53,917 nucleotides of DNA from Prorocentrum cordatum (lineage: Eukaryota): contig CAUYUJ010000283.1 of assembly GCA_963575745.1 (NCBI GenBank), positions 62,001-115,917 on the forward strand. Direction: 5' to 3'. Numbering within the stretch: the stretch's first letter is position 1; every line of letters starts with the position of its first letter. The notes beneath the pieces were generated by a model, which had not been told where the DNA came from, did no database searches, and worked only from the letters and a program-made list of their open reading frames with translations. This document shows positions 1-13,719 of the stretch, in pieces. The translations under genes were made by a program, and so were the position numbers.

Positions 1-1153
1 CGTCGCTGAGGGGCGCGCCGTCGCGAAGGCTCGGCGCGAACTGACAGCGGAGCTCCGCCACGCTCTGGCACAGGCACAGGCTCCACGTACGTCCCATCGG
101 GAGAGCCTCGGGGACAGGGAAGATGACGTCGTCGTAGCCGAGCACCTTCCCCTCCAGCATCGCCCCGTGGAGCCTGACGTCCCCGGCCTCCAGGGCGGGC
201 AGGCCGAACAAGCGCTTCATCCAGGGCGGCAGCCGCACGCGGTGGAAGGCGCCCTTCACGTCCGCCACCCCCGCCGAGAACTCCACGTCCTTGAGCGCCG
301 CCTGGAAGGCCGCCTGCAGATGGCCCTCGGCGCCCCCGTCCTCCTCGAGTTCGAAGGCCGAGAGACCCTCCGCTGTCAGCAACTGCACCGACGGGGGACC
401 TATCAACCAAGCGTTGCTCCTGCGACAATCCAGAATCATACGAGTCGTTTCCCCCCCGTCTTCCACGCGAAAAAGATGCCCACCGTCTCCGAGACCTGAC
501 GTGCACATGACACCAGCCCACGTTTCGCGAGATCCCTCACAAAGTCACCGTACCGCCGCCGGCTCCGCACCAGCGATGGTTCGCTGAAGGGCGCCCGCGG
601 ACAACGCTCCAGCGCCTCGAGCGCGCTCTCGTGGCCCCGCAGCATGCGCTCGCCCTGCCCCATCCACGCACTGGCGCGCCCGCCCCCGAAGCAGCTCGCG
701 AAGCGCGGGCGCCTCGGCGATGCCCTCGGGAAGCGACGGCAGCCCAGGTCGGCAAGGGGCGAGCGCGTCCTCGGGAGGGCCGCCAAGGTAAGGCGACCTC
801 CCTCGCATCAACTCCCGCAAGGCTGAATGCGGAGGCTGCAGCCCCACGCCCCGCATCGGCTGCGCGACGTCGTTCACCTGCCCATCGATGCGCTGCGCGA
901 CGTCGAGCTGCGCGGCCGCCACGGGCGTCGTGGAAGACCCCGCGGATGCCCCTGCCAGCCAATTGAGGCTGTCAACCGCCTCGTTCACCAGCACATCATG
1001 AAAGCGTCGCTGACGAAGTCGACGCCGACCTCGCCCTGACGCCGCGTGGCCCACGAGCTCCCCCCTCCCTGGCAACGGGAAGATGTCGCGAACGCCCCCC
1101 CCCAGGCCACGGCCCAGGCGGTCCTGCACACTCGAGGCCGCTGGCTGAACCAC
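1..1153 (-). pseudogene. Reverse transcriptase N-terminal part, frameshifted
   Basis: Across frames: VGIFFAWK..GK, RMILDCRRSNAW, GVADVKGAFHRVRLP (~230-270), PEALPMGRTWSLCLCQ (~65-115). Confidence 0.75.
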
Positions 1154-1200
1154 GTCCAGCGGCCACTCCTTCCATCGTCATTTGTCAGCCCCCGACGCGG

Positions 1201-2601
1201 TCACGTCGGAGCCTTCGGCCCTTTCGGACCCTTCTTGTTGCCGTTGCCGTCATCTCTCTCTGACTTGGGCCGCTCGGCCGCCGTGAGGCCTCGAACACGA
1301 GCGCCCAGGAACTCGGCGTCCTCCTTGGCCCGCTTGGCACCGAAGCTGCGCAGCTCAGGCGCCACCACGTCTCCCGGGCCCGTCTCGCCTGCGAGGTAGC
1401 GGGCCATCCGCCAGTTGGCTGGAGCTCCAGGCACAGAGTGGGCGTCGGTGATCACCTGAATTCGCCTCGCGAGCCTCTCCAGCGACCGCAGACCGCCCAA
1501 GCTCAGGCAGAGAACCTCCAGCTCGTGGTAGATCCGATCCGTGCGCTCGATGCGGTGCTCTCGGCTCCACTCGGCCAGCCAGCGCATCGGGTCGCCCCCG
1601 CTCTTGTACATGGCCTTTGCCAGGTGGGCGATCGACGCGGGACCATCGATCGGGTCGTCGGGGGAGCTCTCGGCCGTGATCTCGCTCGCTCACCACGCTG
1701 CGCCCATCCTTGAACCTTTCCCCGTGCCCGTCGAAGTCCACGCTGAGGGTCCTCACGTCGCCTACGCTACTGGTCGCTATACGCTCCTCTCCACTGCCAG
1801 CCTCGCCCGCGGTCTCGCTAGTGTTCAGCCCGAGCTGGTCCTTCACTCCCGTTCCACCGATCTGTCGACCTGAGGCTCCAATACGTCTATGGCTCGGCGC
1901 AGGCGCGCTATCTGCTCAATGGCCAAGGCGGGTGCACTACCGACACCCACCCGACGCACTCGAGACACCTCCGAGCCCATGAACTTCAGCCCGTCGCTTC
2001 CAGTAATCACGTCCGTCGGTGTCATGTGCACTTCCTCGCCTATGGCCCGTCCGCCGCCTGACTCCATCAGCACCCAGATCGTGTCGGAAGGGGGTGAGAC
2101 GTCCACAAGCTGAGCCAGATCACCTCGAGGTGCACGCAGAACAGCCGACAGCTCCGTTCGATGACCGTCGTCCCCGATAACGTACTTTGGCCATTGCTCC
2201 AGCTTCTGTCCCCTCGCCGTCTCGACGTCGCGGCACCCCTTGCTTAGCGTCATGATCTGCTCGTGACTCGGTCTCTCCCTGGACTTGTAAAGCCGCCGAG
2301 CGCCAAGCAACGGGTAGCCTACGTTCGGCATCGGCCGAGCCCCGCTGGGGCCCGTGAGAGGATCTTCTCCGTCGAGCCGCTCCTTCCACACGTCTCCGTC
2401 GGGAGAGAGAACCCACCAGACTTCGTCGTCCTCTATGCCCGACCCGTCTTCGCATACACGTCGAGCTGGCCACAGCAGATGTCTCTCGTGATCCACGTCA
2501 TCATCTGAATAGCTCACGCGGGCCCGCGAGCCCACGGCCGCCTCACGCCAGAACTCCTGCTCCCCTGCGGCGAGGCGCATCGGCACGTGAGCTCTCGCCA
2601 T
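1201..2601 (-). pseudogene. Gag-like ORF1 of the DIRS-like element, broken into several ORFs
   Basis: ORFs 1843-2601, 1355-1846 and 1201-1611 are collinear, have protein-like composition and lie directly upstream of the RT region. Confidence 0.55.
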
Positions 2602-3479
2602 CTCTCGTCGCCGTTTCTGTCCTCACTCCTCGCCGCGCCTGCCACACGTGCCACGCGGCGCCGCCGAGCACCTGCCCCGCCCACCACAGCAGCGGGCCAC
2701 GCTCCCAGCCTGCTGGGGGCTCGGGCGCGGGCGCGGGGCACTCCTGCGCAGCAGGCTCCCAGGCGGGGCACTCGGCCGCCGCCCACGGGGGCGCCCCAGC
2801 CGCCCACGCGGCCGCTGGCGCGGCAGGCGGTGGCGGCGGTGGCGGCGGAGGCGGCGCGGCCGCGTTCGCAGTCCAGTTGCGAGCCGCCGCCACTTCGCGC
2901 TCCCGCACGGCCTGCGAGAGCTTTTCTTGCACGAACTCGCCGAGCTGCAACCAGAGAACCAGCCACAGAGGAAGGTTCGGAGGCGCCTGCCACTGCATGG
3001 CCTGAGAACCGAGATGGGCTGCGGTCGCAATGCTCCCTGCTCATCGTTGGCAGACGACACCCCACTCCCCGCTTAATCATATCCGTGCACGCACCCCCAT
3101 CATCATCATCATCAACATGATCAACGTCAACATCACCATGAAACAAGACATCCTCCGACTGGAGTCCCGGACATTTACTGGAATGTGTGTTTTCAATCCG
3201 CGGCCCCAGAGGTGCCGACCGCTTGCTTCCCCGAGGGTAGTTTTTCGCCACGGACGCATAGATCCTCCACCGTTCCCCCTGCCGCGTTGAGGCATGGTGG
3301 AGCGCCAAGTTCTGTCTGGTGGGGTTTTTGTACTCAAAAAAAAAAAAAACGCCCCCCTAGTCGCAGACTGGTGCGTGCATCGTCCCAACTCCCGAGGCCA
3401 CGACCCCTCGTTAAAAGCGATGGATGCGCTTTCCAGGGGCCACGATCACTCGAACAACAAAGATGTGTCCGCGTCCCGA

Positions 3480-3890
3480 GCTTCCAAGACGGTCCAGGCA
3501 GGCAACCAAGGCAACCAAGATGACTTAAGATGCCTCGACGACGGTCAAAGATGGCCCGCCCCACGGCTGTCTAATATGGCTTCAAGATCGCCCCCGAAAC
3601 CTCCACGATGGCTCCAAGTCGGTCCAAAAATTACCGAGGATCCCAAGGTGGCCCAAAAGGACCCCACGATGGCCCAATAGGCATCCTGTACGGATCCAGG
3701 ACGGCCTCCCCATGGGATCCCAGACGGCGTTAGGCCCTGTGAAGGCCTAAAACGGCCCCCAGACATCCACCGTGTGGCGGCCAAGAAGGCTCAAGACGGC
3801 CCCAGAAGGCCCAACGACTGCGACATAAGGCCCCAACACGGCTCAATCGGCCTCCAAGAGCCCCAAGATGGCCCAACAGGACTCCACAAA
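3480..3890 (+). repeat. Degenerate CCAAGA(C/T)GGCCC-type minisatellite
   Basis: Recurrent ccaagatggcc/caagacggcccc words; related tracts at ~19570-19750, ~28200-28450 and ~38510-38760. Confidence 0.6.
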
Positions 3891-4195
3891 CCTTCCTCTT
3901 CCTCCTCCTCCTCGACCTCCTCCTCCTCCTCCTTCTCCTCCTCCATCGCCTCGTCATCGTTACCATCCTCATCATCCTCATTGTCATCATCATAGCTCCC
4001 CCAAGCCTGAATATACGAGATGTCACACGAGACGGCCTCCCGTGCCACCTCGAACATGCATCACCCAAAGATGCTGGGCTGGCACGGTGGCGGGACTTGC
4101 AGCAAGCAGCTGGATAACGGACCCGAGAGGCCGAAATCGGGGGAAAAACAGCTAGGATGACAAAACATATCGTCGGAGATCTGGCGTCGCCTTCG

Positions 4196-4575
<380 letters not shown>

Positions 4576-4939
4576 GCGCCATCGCTCGGGGAGCCACGCT
4601 GCGCAGCAGCCACCGCGCCACCGCGCCGAGCAGCCGCGCGGGCCGGGGGCCGTCAGGCTCGGCGGCCTGCCCAAGGGTGGGTTGGGGATTGATTTTCTGG
4701 GAGGAGGAAGAGGAAGAATACTACGAATAATAATAAGCATACTGGCAGAACAAATGATAAGAGAAAGACGGATAAGAAGAGTACTACGAATCATCACACT
4801 TATAGGGATAATAATACTGATCATCAAAAGAAGAACAATCGGAATACTAATAATAACACTAATAAGACTGATAATAAGCAAGACTATTACTATTAATACG
4901 AATAATACTGATAAAAAATAAAAAATATTAGGAGGCGGC

Positions 4940-5186
4940 ACGAGGAGGAGGGAGGAGGAGGAGGAGGAGGAGGAGGAGGAGGAGGAGGAGGAGAAGAAGC
5001 AGCAGGAGCAGGAGGAGGAGGATCCGAGAGAATTCGGCGACGACGGAGTCAAGAACTGCCAGCTAGGACGTGTTGCAACTTCGGCGCCTCCTGCGACCCA
5101 AAGATGAGGAGCAGGAGGAGGAGCAGCAGGAGCAGGAGGAGGAGGACGAGGAGGATGAGGAGGAGGAGGAGGAGGGCGAGGAAGAG

Positions 5187-5220
<34 letters not shown>

Positions 5221-5274
5221 GCGAGGAGGAGGAGGAGGGGGAGGAGGAGGAGGATGGGGAAGAGGAGGAGGAGG
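4940..5274 (+). repeat. (GGA)n-rich tract
   Basis: Directly visible; interrupted at ~5020-5105. Confidence 0.9.
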
Positions 5275-6220
5275 ACCAGTGTAACACCAAGAGTCATCAA
5301 CGATGTTGGAATTAACCATCCCTCCAAGCTCCCTCTTCATAGGCCCCACAACGGTTCATTTCCATTGAGAGAACTGCCTCATTGAAAGACAACCGTTTGA
5401 AAAGCCTGCAACATGCCGAAACATTGCTCTCGGAATTTCAACGCCATGTATCAACCTGACTGCTGCGTCTTGACGATCCGAAATCGTGCCAGAACGCCAT
5501 TTGGGGGATTTCAACACCGCGAATCAACATAACTGTTGCACCCGCTCCTTCCACAACACCATTTCTGTTACGTTGACCATGTGAACCCGTGAAACTCTTG
5601 CAAATTTTGAAAATGAATGTGCGCGGCGCTAAGGCGAGAACCATATGTTGAAAAAGAACCGCCCTCATTCCGTGAAACTCTTGCAAATGTTCAAAGCGAG
5701 TGTGCACGGCGCTACAGCGAGAGCCACATGTTGAAAACCACCCGCCCTCAATCCGTGAAGCTCTTGCAAATTTCTACAAAGAATGTGCACGGCGCTCAGG
5801 GGAAAGCCACATGTTGAAAACCACCCGCCCTCAATGCGTGAAAGTCTTGCAAATTTCTACAAACAATGTGCGCGGCGCTAAGGCGAGAACCACATTTGAA
5901 AACGACCCAGCCTCAATCCGTGAAGCTCATGCGATACCGTGAAAGCAAATGTGCACGGCGCTCAGGCGAGAGCCACATTTTGAAAACCACCCGCCCTCAA
6001 TTCGTGAAACTCTTGCAAGTGTTGAAAACCAATGTGCGCGGCGCTAAAGCGAGAGCCGCATTTTGACAACGACCCGCCCTCCATCTGTGAAACGGTTGCC
6101 ACTTTTTAAGCTTCAGAGCCAGAAATGGTGAGGAAGTCTCAGGCGAAACGCCCGGCCCGCCCTAAAAACTGGCCTCGGGGTGCGACAGGGCGGAGTTATC
6201 TATAAGGAGAAGGAATGATG
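5275..6220 (+). mobile_element. Non-coding dispersed element with an internal 83-bp tandem array, embedded in (GGA)n (copy 1)
   Basis: Starts accagtgtaacacc. About 6 units of 83 bp (gtgaaactcttgcaa...ccgccctcaatcc at 5589, 5672, 5755...). Ends ggggtgcgacagggcggagttatctataagg. Homologous copies at 9405-9732 (+) and 12141-12914 (-). Confidence 0.75.
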
Positions 6221-6252
<32 letters not shown>

Positions 6253-7559
6253 TGAGGAGGAGCAGGAGCAGGAGGAGGAGAAGCAGGAGCAGGAGCAGGA
6301 GCAGGAGGAGGAAGATGAGGAGGAGGAGCAGAAGGAGGAGGACGAGGAAGAGGAGGAGGAGCAGCAGCAGCAGCAGCAGCACTAGGAGCAAGAGGAGTAT
6401 TGTAAGCTCGACCGCCACGCGGCGCAGCTGCCGCTGACCACCACACCGAGAGCTGACGCCAACGGTGGCACAGTCATGGGGGCGCTTGCACGAAACTGGG
6501 GTCCAAGGGGCGAGGAGGAGTAGCAGCAGCAGGAGGAGGAATCTGTTGGCCAAGCCTGAGAGGCCGAGCTGCACCCAACGACGAAGGCACACCTCAGGCC
6601 AACCACCTAAGCCCCTGACCTTACCTGCACCTGCGCCGAGAAAGGTGCCACCAGTCCACCCGAAAGGTATGCCCTGCATGCCCACTTCTCACGAGTTCTC
6701 GCTGGCCGTGCTCGCGCCAGCAGCCCCGTCGGGCGTGAAAGCCTGCAGGCGGCTTGCACCATCGTTCCGTGGTTGCTCATGGGCGCGGAGGACTGCCTTT
6801 TGGACGCCCTCGCGCCCAAGGTACAAGCTTTCGAGGGACCGCGGCAATTTCTCGGCCCCTCTCCTGGCGGGGCCAGGGCGCTCCTGCAGCGCGTGCCGAG
6901 GCTCCTCGGTGCTCTACCTGCCACGGCGGCGGCCGCACGCCACCGGACACCGAGGCCCGAGGGCCAACACCTCTTGTCGCGGACTCGGCGAACCCACAAG
7001 TCGGTAGGAGGAAGTGGATCGAGTTGCGGAAAAACATACGTATTTCGCCGAGTGCGCTCCACTACTCGCAAAGTGCCTACTCGCAAACGTCAAAAAATCA
7101 CACGTTCGCCTCGATGTAATTTATCGTAGATCCTTCGCGGCTGATCCAGGCCATTTGCGAGCTGTGACTTCGCGAGTAGCGGAACGCGCTTGCCTAGTAT
7201 TAGCACCAGGACAAGGCGAAGGAGGGAGAGCGGACGCGGAAGGGACGGACGAGGGACGAGGGCGGCACTCGGGACAGAAGGCAGGGGCTGCGCCAGGCTG
7301 CCGGCTTCAGGCGACTTGCAAAACTGCAGCAGGCAGCGAGACTGCGCCAATCCATGGCAGCGTCGACGAGTCCGTTTGCTTCCACACTTGACCACCTCGT
7401 AGGCCGAGGACTGAAGTGCAGGGGGGGGCGTTCCGCGGAGGGAGGTAGGAGGAGGGGGAGGATGACGGGGGGGGTGCTCGATGCGCGAACCCTGCTGTGC
7501 TGAGCCTGGGCCGCACGGCTGGCGCCATCGGCACTCACCTAAGTAATGAAAGGGGAACG

Positions 7560-9400
7560 GGAGAGGCTCAGGGGGGAGGAGGGGAGAAACACCAGGCGTG
7601 CGGCACGGCGAACGGATCAAGACGCTGGCGCTGCATTCTCGCCGCCGCTGGGGCCATCCGTCAAGACGACGAGACCCCCAAATTTGGCGCCCATGGCCAG
7701 CTCGCCGAAAGGCTGGGGCCGACGGTCGCCCGAAGAGTCACCGCTGTGAGCGTCCCGGCGGAAGGCGGTGGCGCTCTGTCTCGCGACACTCCCGTGGCGT
7801 GTTGCCGCGCGACTTACACCCACATGATGCACGGAGAATGTACGCACCTGCCGACAACGGACGATGGCGACCGCCACCCGCGCCGCAGCGAGGCGGTAAG
7901 TGTGACGTCCGTGTGCCGCTGCGCAGGCACCGCACACGGCGAAACCCGCCACGGAACGCGATCAGCTCATGCCTGCCGCCCTGCACGGGGACATCCGCAG
8001 TGACGGCAGGATCGGCGCGGCTGCCAAACACGCGGCCGCGTTCCTGCCATGGGACGGCCGCGCGTGCAGAAACCGACCGGGGAACCGGCCCCCACACACT
8101 GCGCCGAGCTGGATGCCCCTAGCACCCTCCGCTCCGCAACGGCATCGCTGGGATGGGAGCGGGCGCCCTTCCGTGCAGCAGAATCGGCTTCTGCATTGCC
8201 GAGCCGACGATAGCGGACGTCAGGACTAATGTCGTCCTCGCTTGCCCCGGCATGCCCTTTGACCCTGCAGACCCGCACTTGACAGTCGAAATCGTCAAAA
8301 AGGCATCCCAAATAGCCGTCCACAAGTCGGCCGCGACACACCCGGCATGAGTGGTCTCCCAGCGCCCTTTAGCGAACGAGGATACCACCCAGTGGCAGTC
8401 AGAGTCCAGAACTGTGCCCGCCACCCCGCGAACCCTCAAGCATGCAGGGAGGGCCCATGCGCTAGGACCCTGACCGTGCCCGACGGCGACACTCGAGCGA
8501 GGCCCCGACCCGCCACGCGCAGAAGGAGATCCCCTCTCAGTCACCGAAGACATCGCCCTCGCAACAGAGAGGGAGGGGGCAGGGCCAGGGAGGAACTCCT
8601 GGGGGTCGGGCACGAGCCCATGCCGCCATAGGCACCAATCTGGGTGCGAGGCTGCAGGCTCCAGCAGGCTCACGGGCAAATCATAGTCGCGCCTCCGCAC
8701 GCGCGTGGTCACACAGCTACCCCCGGCTGTGTGCTGCAGGGTGCCCGCCTCGCCGCCGCAGTATGGGGAGACGCCTGCAGCCCCGCGTCGTGGCGCCGCG
8801 TTGCATCCCAGATGCCATTGCCGACGACTGCGCAGACGAGCCCTTGGTGGGCCAGGCTCCAGTCGGCCGACACCTTGCCCGTGGCCGGCGCCCGCAGCGG
8901 CTCCAAATAGGGCTCGCGCGTGAGGTCGGCCATGTACGGGCGCGGCGCAAGCGCTCGCTGAAGCAGCCACCACTGCGCGGAGCGCTGCGCCAACACCATG
9001 ACCGTCTTGGGGCACATCTCCATGAGGTTGACCCTGAAGCCGTCGTGGGAGTGGAAAATGCACGGCGTGCTAAGCACCTTCCAGCAGATCCGCCTGGCCA
9101 ACGCCACTGCCGCGCCCACGGGGCCTGCGACCAGCTGCCAGTCCACACAGTCCGTGCTGTATGCAACCGCCGCGTCGGCTGCGTAGGCCAGCTTGGTCAG
9201 CCACTCGCGCGGCAGCCACATGTCCCAGACCGCTTTAGCGAAGTTGCCGATCAGCCCCACCGTGCAGGCGTAGGCGGGATCGAGACTGTGCGGCGTAACC
9301 TGGATGGCGAGGTCCAGGGCACAACGCCAGGTGGGCGGCCCAGGGCACAACGCCAGGTGGGCGGCCCTGCGCAGCGGTTCGATGCGGGACCACGCCCAGC
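7560..9400 (-). pseudogene. 5'-truncated non-LTR (LINE) retrotransposon remnant: post-RT region, RNase H, Cys-rich tail
   Basis: W..VAGPVGAAVALARRICW (post-RT region). RNase H motifs SDCHWVV, AADLWTAIW, VKGHA, RLGNAEADSAARKGA (~8150-8420). Cys motif AVCGAC near 7930. Multiple frameshifts. Confidence 0.7.
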
Positions 9401-9404
9401 CAGC

Positions 9405-9732
9405 TAATGTGCGCGGCGCTAATGCGCGAACCACATTCTGAAAACGACCCGCCCTCCATCCGTGAAACTCTTGGAATTTGATTAATCGTATGTGCGCCGC
9501 GCCAAGGCGATAACCACCTTGTGAAAACGACCCGCCCTCAATCCGTGACGAACGTGCGCCACGCCCAAGCGAGAACCACATTTTGAAAACGACCCGCCCT
9601 CCATCCGTGAAACTGTTACCAATGTTTAAGCTTCAGAGCCATACGTTGTGAGGAAGTCTTAGGCGAAACGCCTGGCCCGCCCTAACAACTGGCATCGGGG
9701 GGTGCGACATGGAGAAGTTATTTATAATGAGT
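9405..9732 (+). mobile_element. Partial copy 2 of the (GGA)n-embedded 83-bp-array element
   Basis: Same array units and same right end (aagcttcagagcc...ggggtgcgaca...agttatttataa), followed by (GGA)n. Confidence 0.75.
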
Positions 9733-9962
9733 GGAGGAGGAGGAGGAGGAGGACGAGCAGGAGGAGGAGGAGGAAGGGGAGGAGGAGGAGGAGGAGGAGG
9801 AGGAGGGGAGGAGGAGGAGGAGGAGGAGGGAGGAGGGAGGAGGAGGAGGAGGAGGAGAGGAGGAGGAAAAGAGGAGGAGGAGGAGGAGGAGGAGGAGGAG
9901 GAGGAGGAGGAGGAGGAGGAAGGGGAGGAGGAGGAAGGGGAGGAGGAGAAGGAGGAGGAGGA
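9733..9962 (+). repeat. (GGA)n microsatellite
   Basis: Directly visible. Confidence 0.95.
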
Positions 9963-10568
9963 AACTCCAGCGGATCACACTTTGACCGAGCACTGCAACA
10001 TGATCCGAATGTATTAGAATCATGCTGGGCGCCCCGAGGAGGCCACTCGGGCCCTCAAGTACTTTAGATTTCTGGCGCAAAGTGCGTAGTGCTTCCTAGC
10101 AACGCTTGCCAAACAGTGGCTTTCTTGCAGCACAATGAGGGCCTGCACGAAGCGCCGCACCCTGCCAGGACGAGCTCCTCTCATGGGCACGCGCGACCTC
10201 CTGATAGCGGCCTTGCGCTCGTGGGTCATGAGGCTGCCTCGGTACCCAAGGCCGTGGGGCCTAATGAGGGGGCCAGCTGGCGTTTTCATCGCCACCGCGC
10301 TCCGTCTTGGATGGGCCACGCAAGCGCCGTGGTCCATAACATGTGACGCATAGGTGATAGATCTCGCCCGCACCAATTTAAATGTCTTGCATGGGCTGGT
10401 CAGAACGGCCACACATATCGGACTTCAGAGGGCGGGGCTTGCCCGTTGGCGCTAAGAAGCCAGAGTTCAGGATCAGAGCCTTCTAGAACCGATTCGCTCG
10501 AGGTGTGCCCTCCCGCCAATAAATATTCACTGCGATTGCCAGGCCGTCGTAGATGAAGCTGGCACGGG

Positions 10569-10978
10569 TGATGATGATGATGATGATGATGATGATGAGG
10601 ATGATGATGATGATGATGATAATGATGATAATGATGATAATGATGACGATGATGCCGATGCTGATGCTAATGATGATGCTGATGATGATGATGATGTTGA
10701 TGCTGCTGCTGATGACGCTGGTTATGATTATGTTTATGATTGTGATTATGATTATGACTATGAGTATGATTATGAATATGAATATGATTATGATGATGAT
10801 AATGACGATGATGATAATGATACTGATGATGATGACGATGATGATGATAATGATACTGATGATGATGCTGATAATAATGATGATGATGATGATGGTGCTG
10901 ATGATGATGATGATGATGATAATAATAATGATGATGATGATGATGATGATGATTGTGATTATGATTATGATTATGATT

Positions 10979-11060
<82 letters not shown>

Positions 11061-11080
11061 GGGGTGGTGCTCCCGTCTGG
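10569..11080 (+). repeat. (GAT)n microsatellite
   Basis: Directly visible. Confidence 0.95.
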
Positions 11081-12140
11081 CCAAGGCCCACAACGACCTC
11101 TGGCGTGAGTTTTGGCTTCGTGCTGGTGCTCCGGGAGGCCTGGGGCCCCGAGGGGCCTCCCCAAGACGATCAAAGCCCACGCGACTCGTGCACATCGGCG
11201 CGAGTCGTGGGAGCGTCTCCTGTCTTGGAAACAAGGACTCCCAACTTCGCGCTTCGCGCTGCGCGAAGCGCGAAAAGCGGATAACTTCGCGCTCTCGCGC
11301 CGCCTCCCAGGGGCGAAAAGGAAGATGAGGAGGAATCGGAGCCGAACCGCGAAGCGCGAATAACTTCGCGCCCTCGAGGGCGCCCTTGGGAAATAAGCTA
11401 ACTAATAACGCCGCCAAGCAAGGCGCGAAACTAAACGAGCATCAGTTTGGGCAACGATAAGCGTATGAACATAAATTCAGCATGGTAGCAATTGCAGTGG
11501 AGTGTTCTATCCGGCTCGGAGCGATGGCGTCGGATGTTGTGGACACAATGGCCGACGCCACCGAGGACAGCATCACGAATCTCGGAGGGACCACGGCCGT
11601 CGAATCGACTCCCCCTCCCCCTCTTCCTCCTCTGACGCGTCCTCCTCCCCCCCGCCTTCGAACGAGAACGAGCCGACGGCCGACACCGAGGTAGTCGAAA
11701 CAGCCCGCCAGGATCGTATTCTCAAGGCCCGACTGCTGGGACACCACTTTGTGTGTTTCGGCAAACTTGCGCTTTCAGTCGACGATGTGTCTTTTGTGTT
11801 CAGTGTAAGTGGACGGTTATGATCAACCATCCCTGCAGAAGGGGCCAAGCGTCGGACGACCAAGGATCGGCTGACGCGCGTGTGGGAGGGGCGCCATCCC
11901 AAACCAGGGGCTCCTATGTAGAACAGTTTGCAAGGTGCCAGCAAGCGCCCGTCGCTCTGATCTCTGGCGGGTGTCTTAGACTGAACAGGATCCTTGACCA
12001 GATCCTACCACCTACCTCCTACTTCCTCCACCTCCTCCTCCTCCTCCTTCTCCTCCTCGTCCTCCTCGTCCTCTGCGACCTCCTCGTCCTCCCTCCTCCT
12101 CCTCCTCCTCCTCCTCCTCCTCCTCTTCCTCCTCCTCGTC

Positions 12141-12914
12141 CATTCCTTATCCTTATAAATAACTTTTCCGTGACACACCCCGAGGCTAGTTTTCAGGGCG
12201 GGCCGGGCGTTTCGCCTGAGACTTTCTCAGCATTTATGACCCTGAAGCTTTACAATTGGCAAGGCAACAGTTTCACGGATGGAGGGCGGGTCGTTTTCAA
12301 AATGTGGCTCTCGCCTTAGCGCCGCGCGCATTCGTTTTCAAACTTTGCAAGAGATTCACTGATTGAGGGCGGGTGGTTTTCAAACTGTGGCTCTCGTATT
12401 AGCGCCGCACATTCGTTTTAACCATTGGCAACACTTTCGCGGTTTGAGGGCGGGTCGTTTTCAAAATGTGGCTCTCGCGTTAGCGCCGCGCACATTCGTT
12501 TTCAAAATGTGCAAGAGCTTCACGGATTGAGGGCGGCTCCTTTTCAACATGTGGCTCTCGCCTTAGCTCCGCGCGCATTCGTTGCAACAACATCCAGGAA
12601 ATTATTCGCCGTACCAAGAGCATTTTTTTGGAGGATTCACGATTATGCGGGCGCAACAATTGCGATGATTCACGGAGTTGAAGTCCCACGAACGGCGTTA
12701 TGGCACGATTCGGGATCGTCAAAACGCAACAGTCAGGTCATCCGTGGCGTTGGAATACCTGGAGCAATGCTTTGGCATGCTTCAGGTATTCAAACGGTTT
12801 CTTTCGACACAGCATGTCTTTATGTGGAAATTAACCGTTGTAGGGGCCCATGAAGAGGGAGCTTGGGGGAGCGTTTATTCCAACATCGTTGGTGCCCTTT
12901 GGGTTTACACTGGT
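12141..12914 (-). mobile_element. Copy 3 (reverse orientation) of the 83-bp-array element, flanked on both sides by (CCT)n
   Basis: Reverse complement of 5275-6220 at both ends (cattccttatccttataaataac... and ...gggtttacactggt), with fewer array units. Confidence 0.8.
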
Positions 12915-13162
12915 CCTCCTCCTCTTCCTCCTCCTCCTCCCTCCTCCCTCCTCCTCCTTCCTCCTCCTCCATCATCCCTCCTCCTCCCTCCTCCTCCTCC
13001 TCCTCCTCGTCCTCCTCGTCCCCCGCGTCCTCCTCGACCTCCTCGTCCTCCTCGTCCTCCTCGTCCTCCTCGTCCTCCTCGTCCTCCTCGTCCTCCTCGT
13101 CGTCCTCCCCCCCCTCCCCCCCTCCTCCTCCTCCTCCTCCTCCTCCTCCTCCTCCTCCTCCT

Positions 13163-13193
<31 letters not shown>

Positions 13194-13300
13194 TCCTCCT
13201 CCCCCTCCTCCTCCTCTTCCTCCTCCTCCTCCTCCTCCTCCTCCTCCTCCTCCTCCTCCTCCTCCTCCTCCTCCTCCTCCCCCTCCTCCTCATCCTCCTG
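12915..13300 (+). repeat. (CCT)n microsatellite
   Basis: Directly visible; a shorter tract lies at ~12010-12140. Confidence 0.95.
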
Positions 13301-13719
13301 GTTCTGCTTTCCTCGTGGAGGATGATGATGAGGAGGAACCGGGGGCGGGGGGGGACCTAGGCAATGGATGCGAACGGTGAGGTGGAAAACGCGAAGCTTT
13401 TCCTGAAGGCGAAATGTACGAAATGTAGAACGTTTAAAGCGAAACCAATGTGGGCGTGCTAGAACGCTTTCCTGAAGCCCAAACGGCTGCGGATGCAATG
13501 CAAGGGGTAAGAAAAGGCAGGATGGAGACCGCTCGTGTTTGGCGTTCCGACAGATCCCCCGTGCACTTGCTGGCACTACACACGTTCATAAGGGGTGTTC
13601 TGCTGACCGCGCCTTCATTACTAAAAGTTGGGGAGAAAGGGGGAAAAAGAGAGAGAGAGATAGAAAGACCTGGAAACAGAGACAGAGAGCTGTGCTGAGA
13701 ACTCGGGACGGCATTATTT

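Larger units (their letters stand above)
1..3020 (-). mobile_element. Degenerate DIRS-like (tyrosine-recombinase class) retrotransposon, 5' part; runs off the left edge
   Basis: Minus-strand gag-like region (HERHLLWP...WWVLSPDGDVW, DVRTLSVDFD, IYHELEVLC, LERLARRIQ) is followed by a pol start (RDIFPLP, AVDSLNWLAG) and RT motifs. The recombinase is not in the window, so the class is inferred from recalled similarity to dinoflagellate elements. The right boundary is approximate. Confidence 0.6.

Noticed and set aside
3270..3349. Poly(A)-ended segment suggesting a retroposon 3' end
   Set aside because: Only 14 A's, and no TSD or second copy found in the window.
9990..10560. Degenerate coding-like sequence (also 6540-7000 and 11700-11910)
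   Set aside because: No motif I could assign with confidence; probably old element debris.
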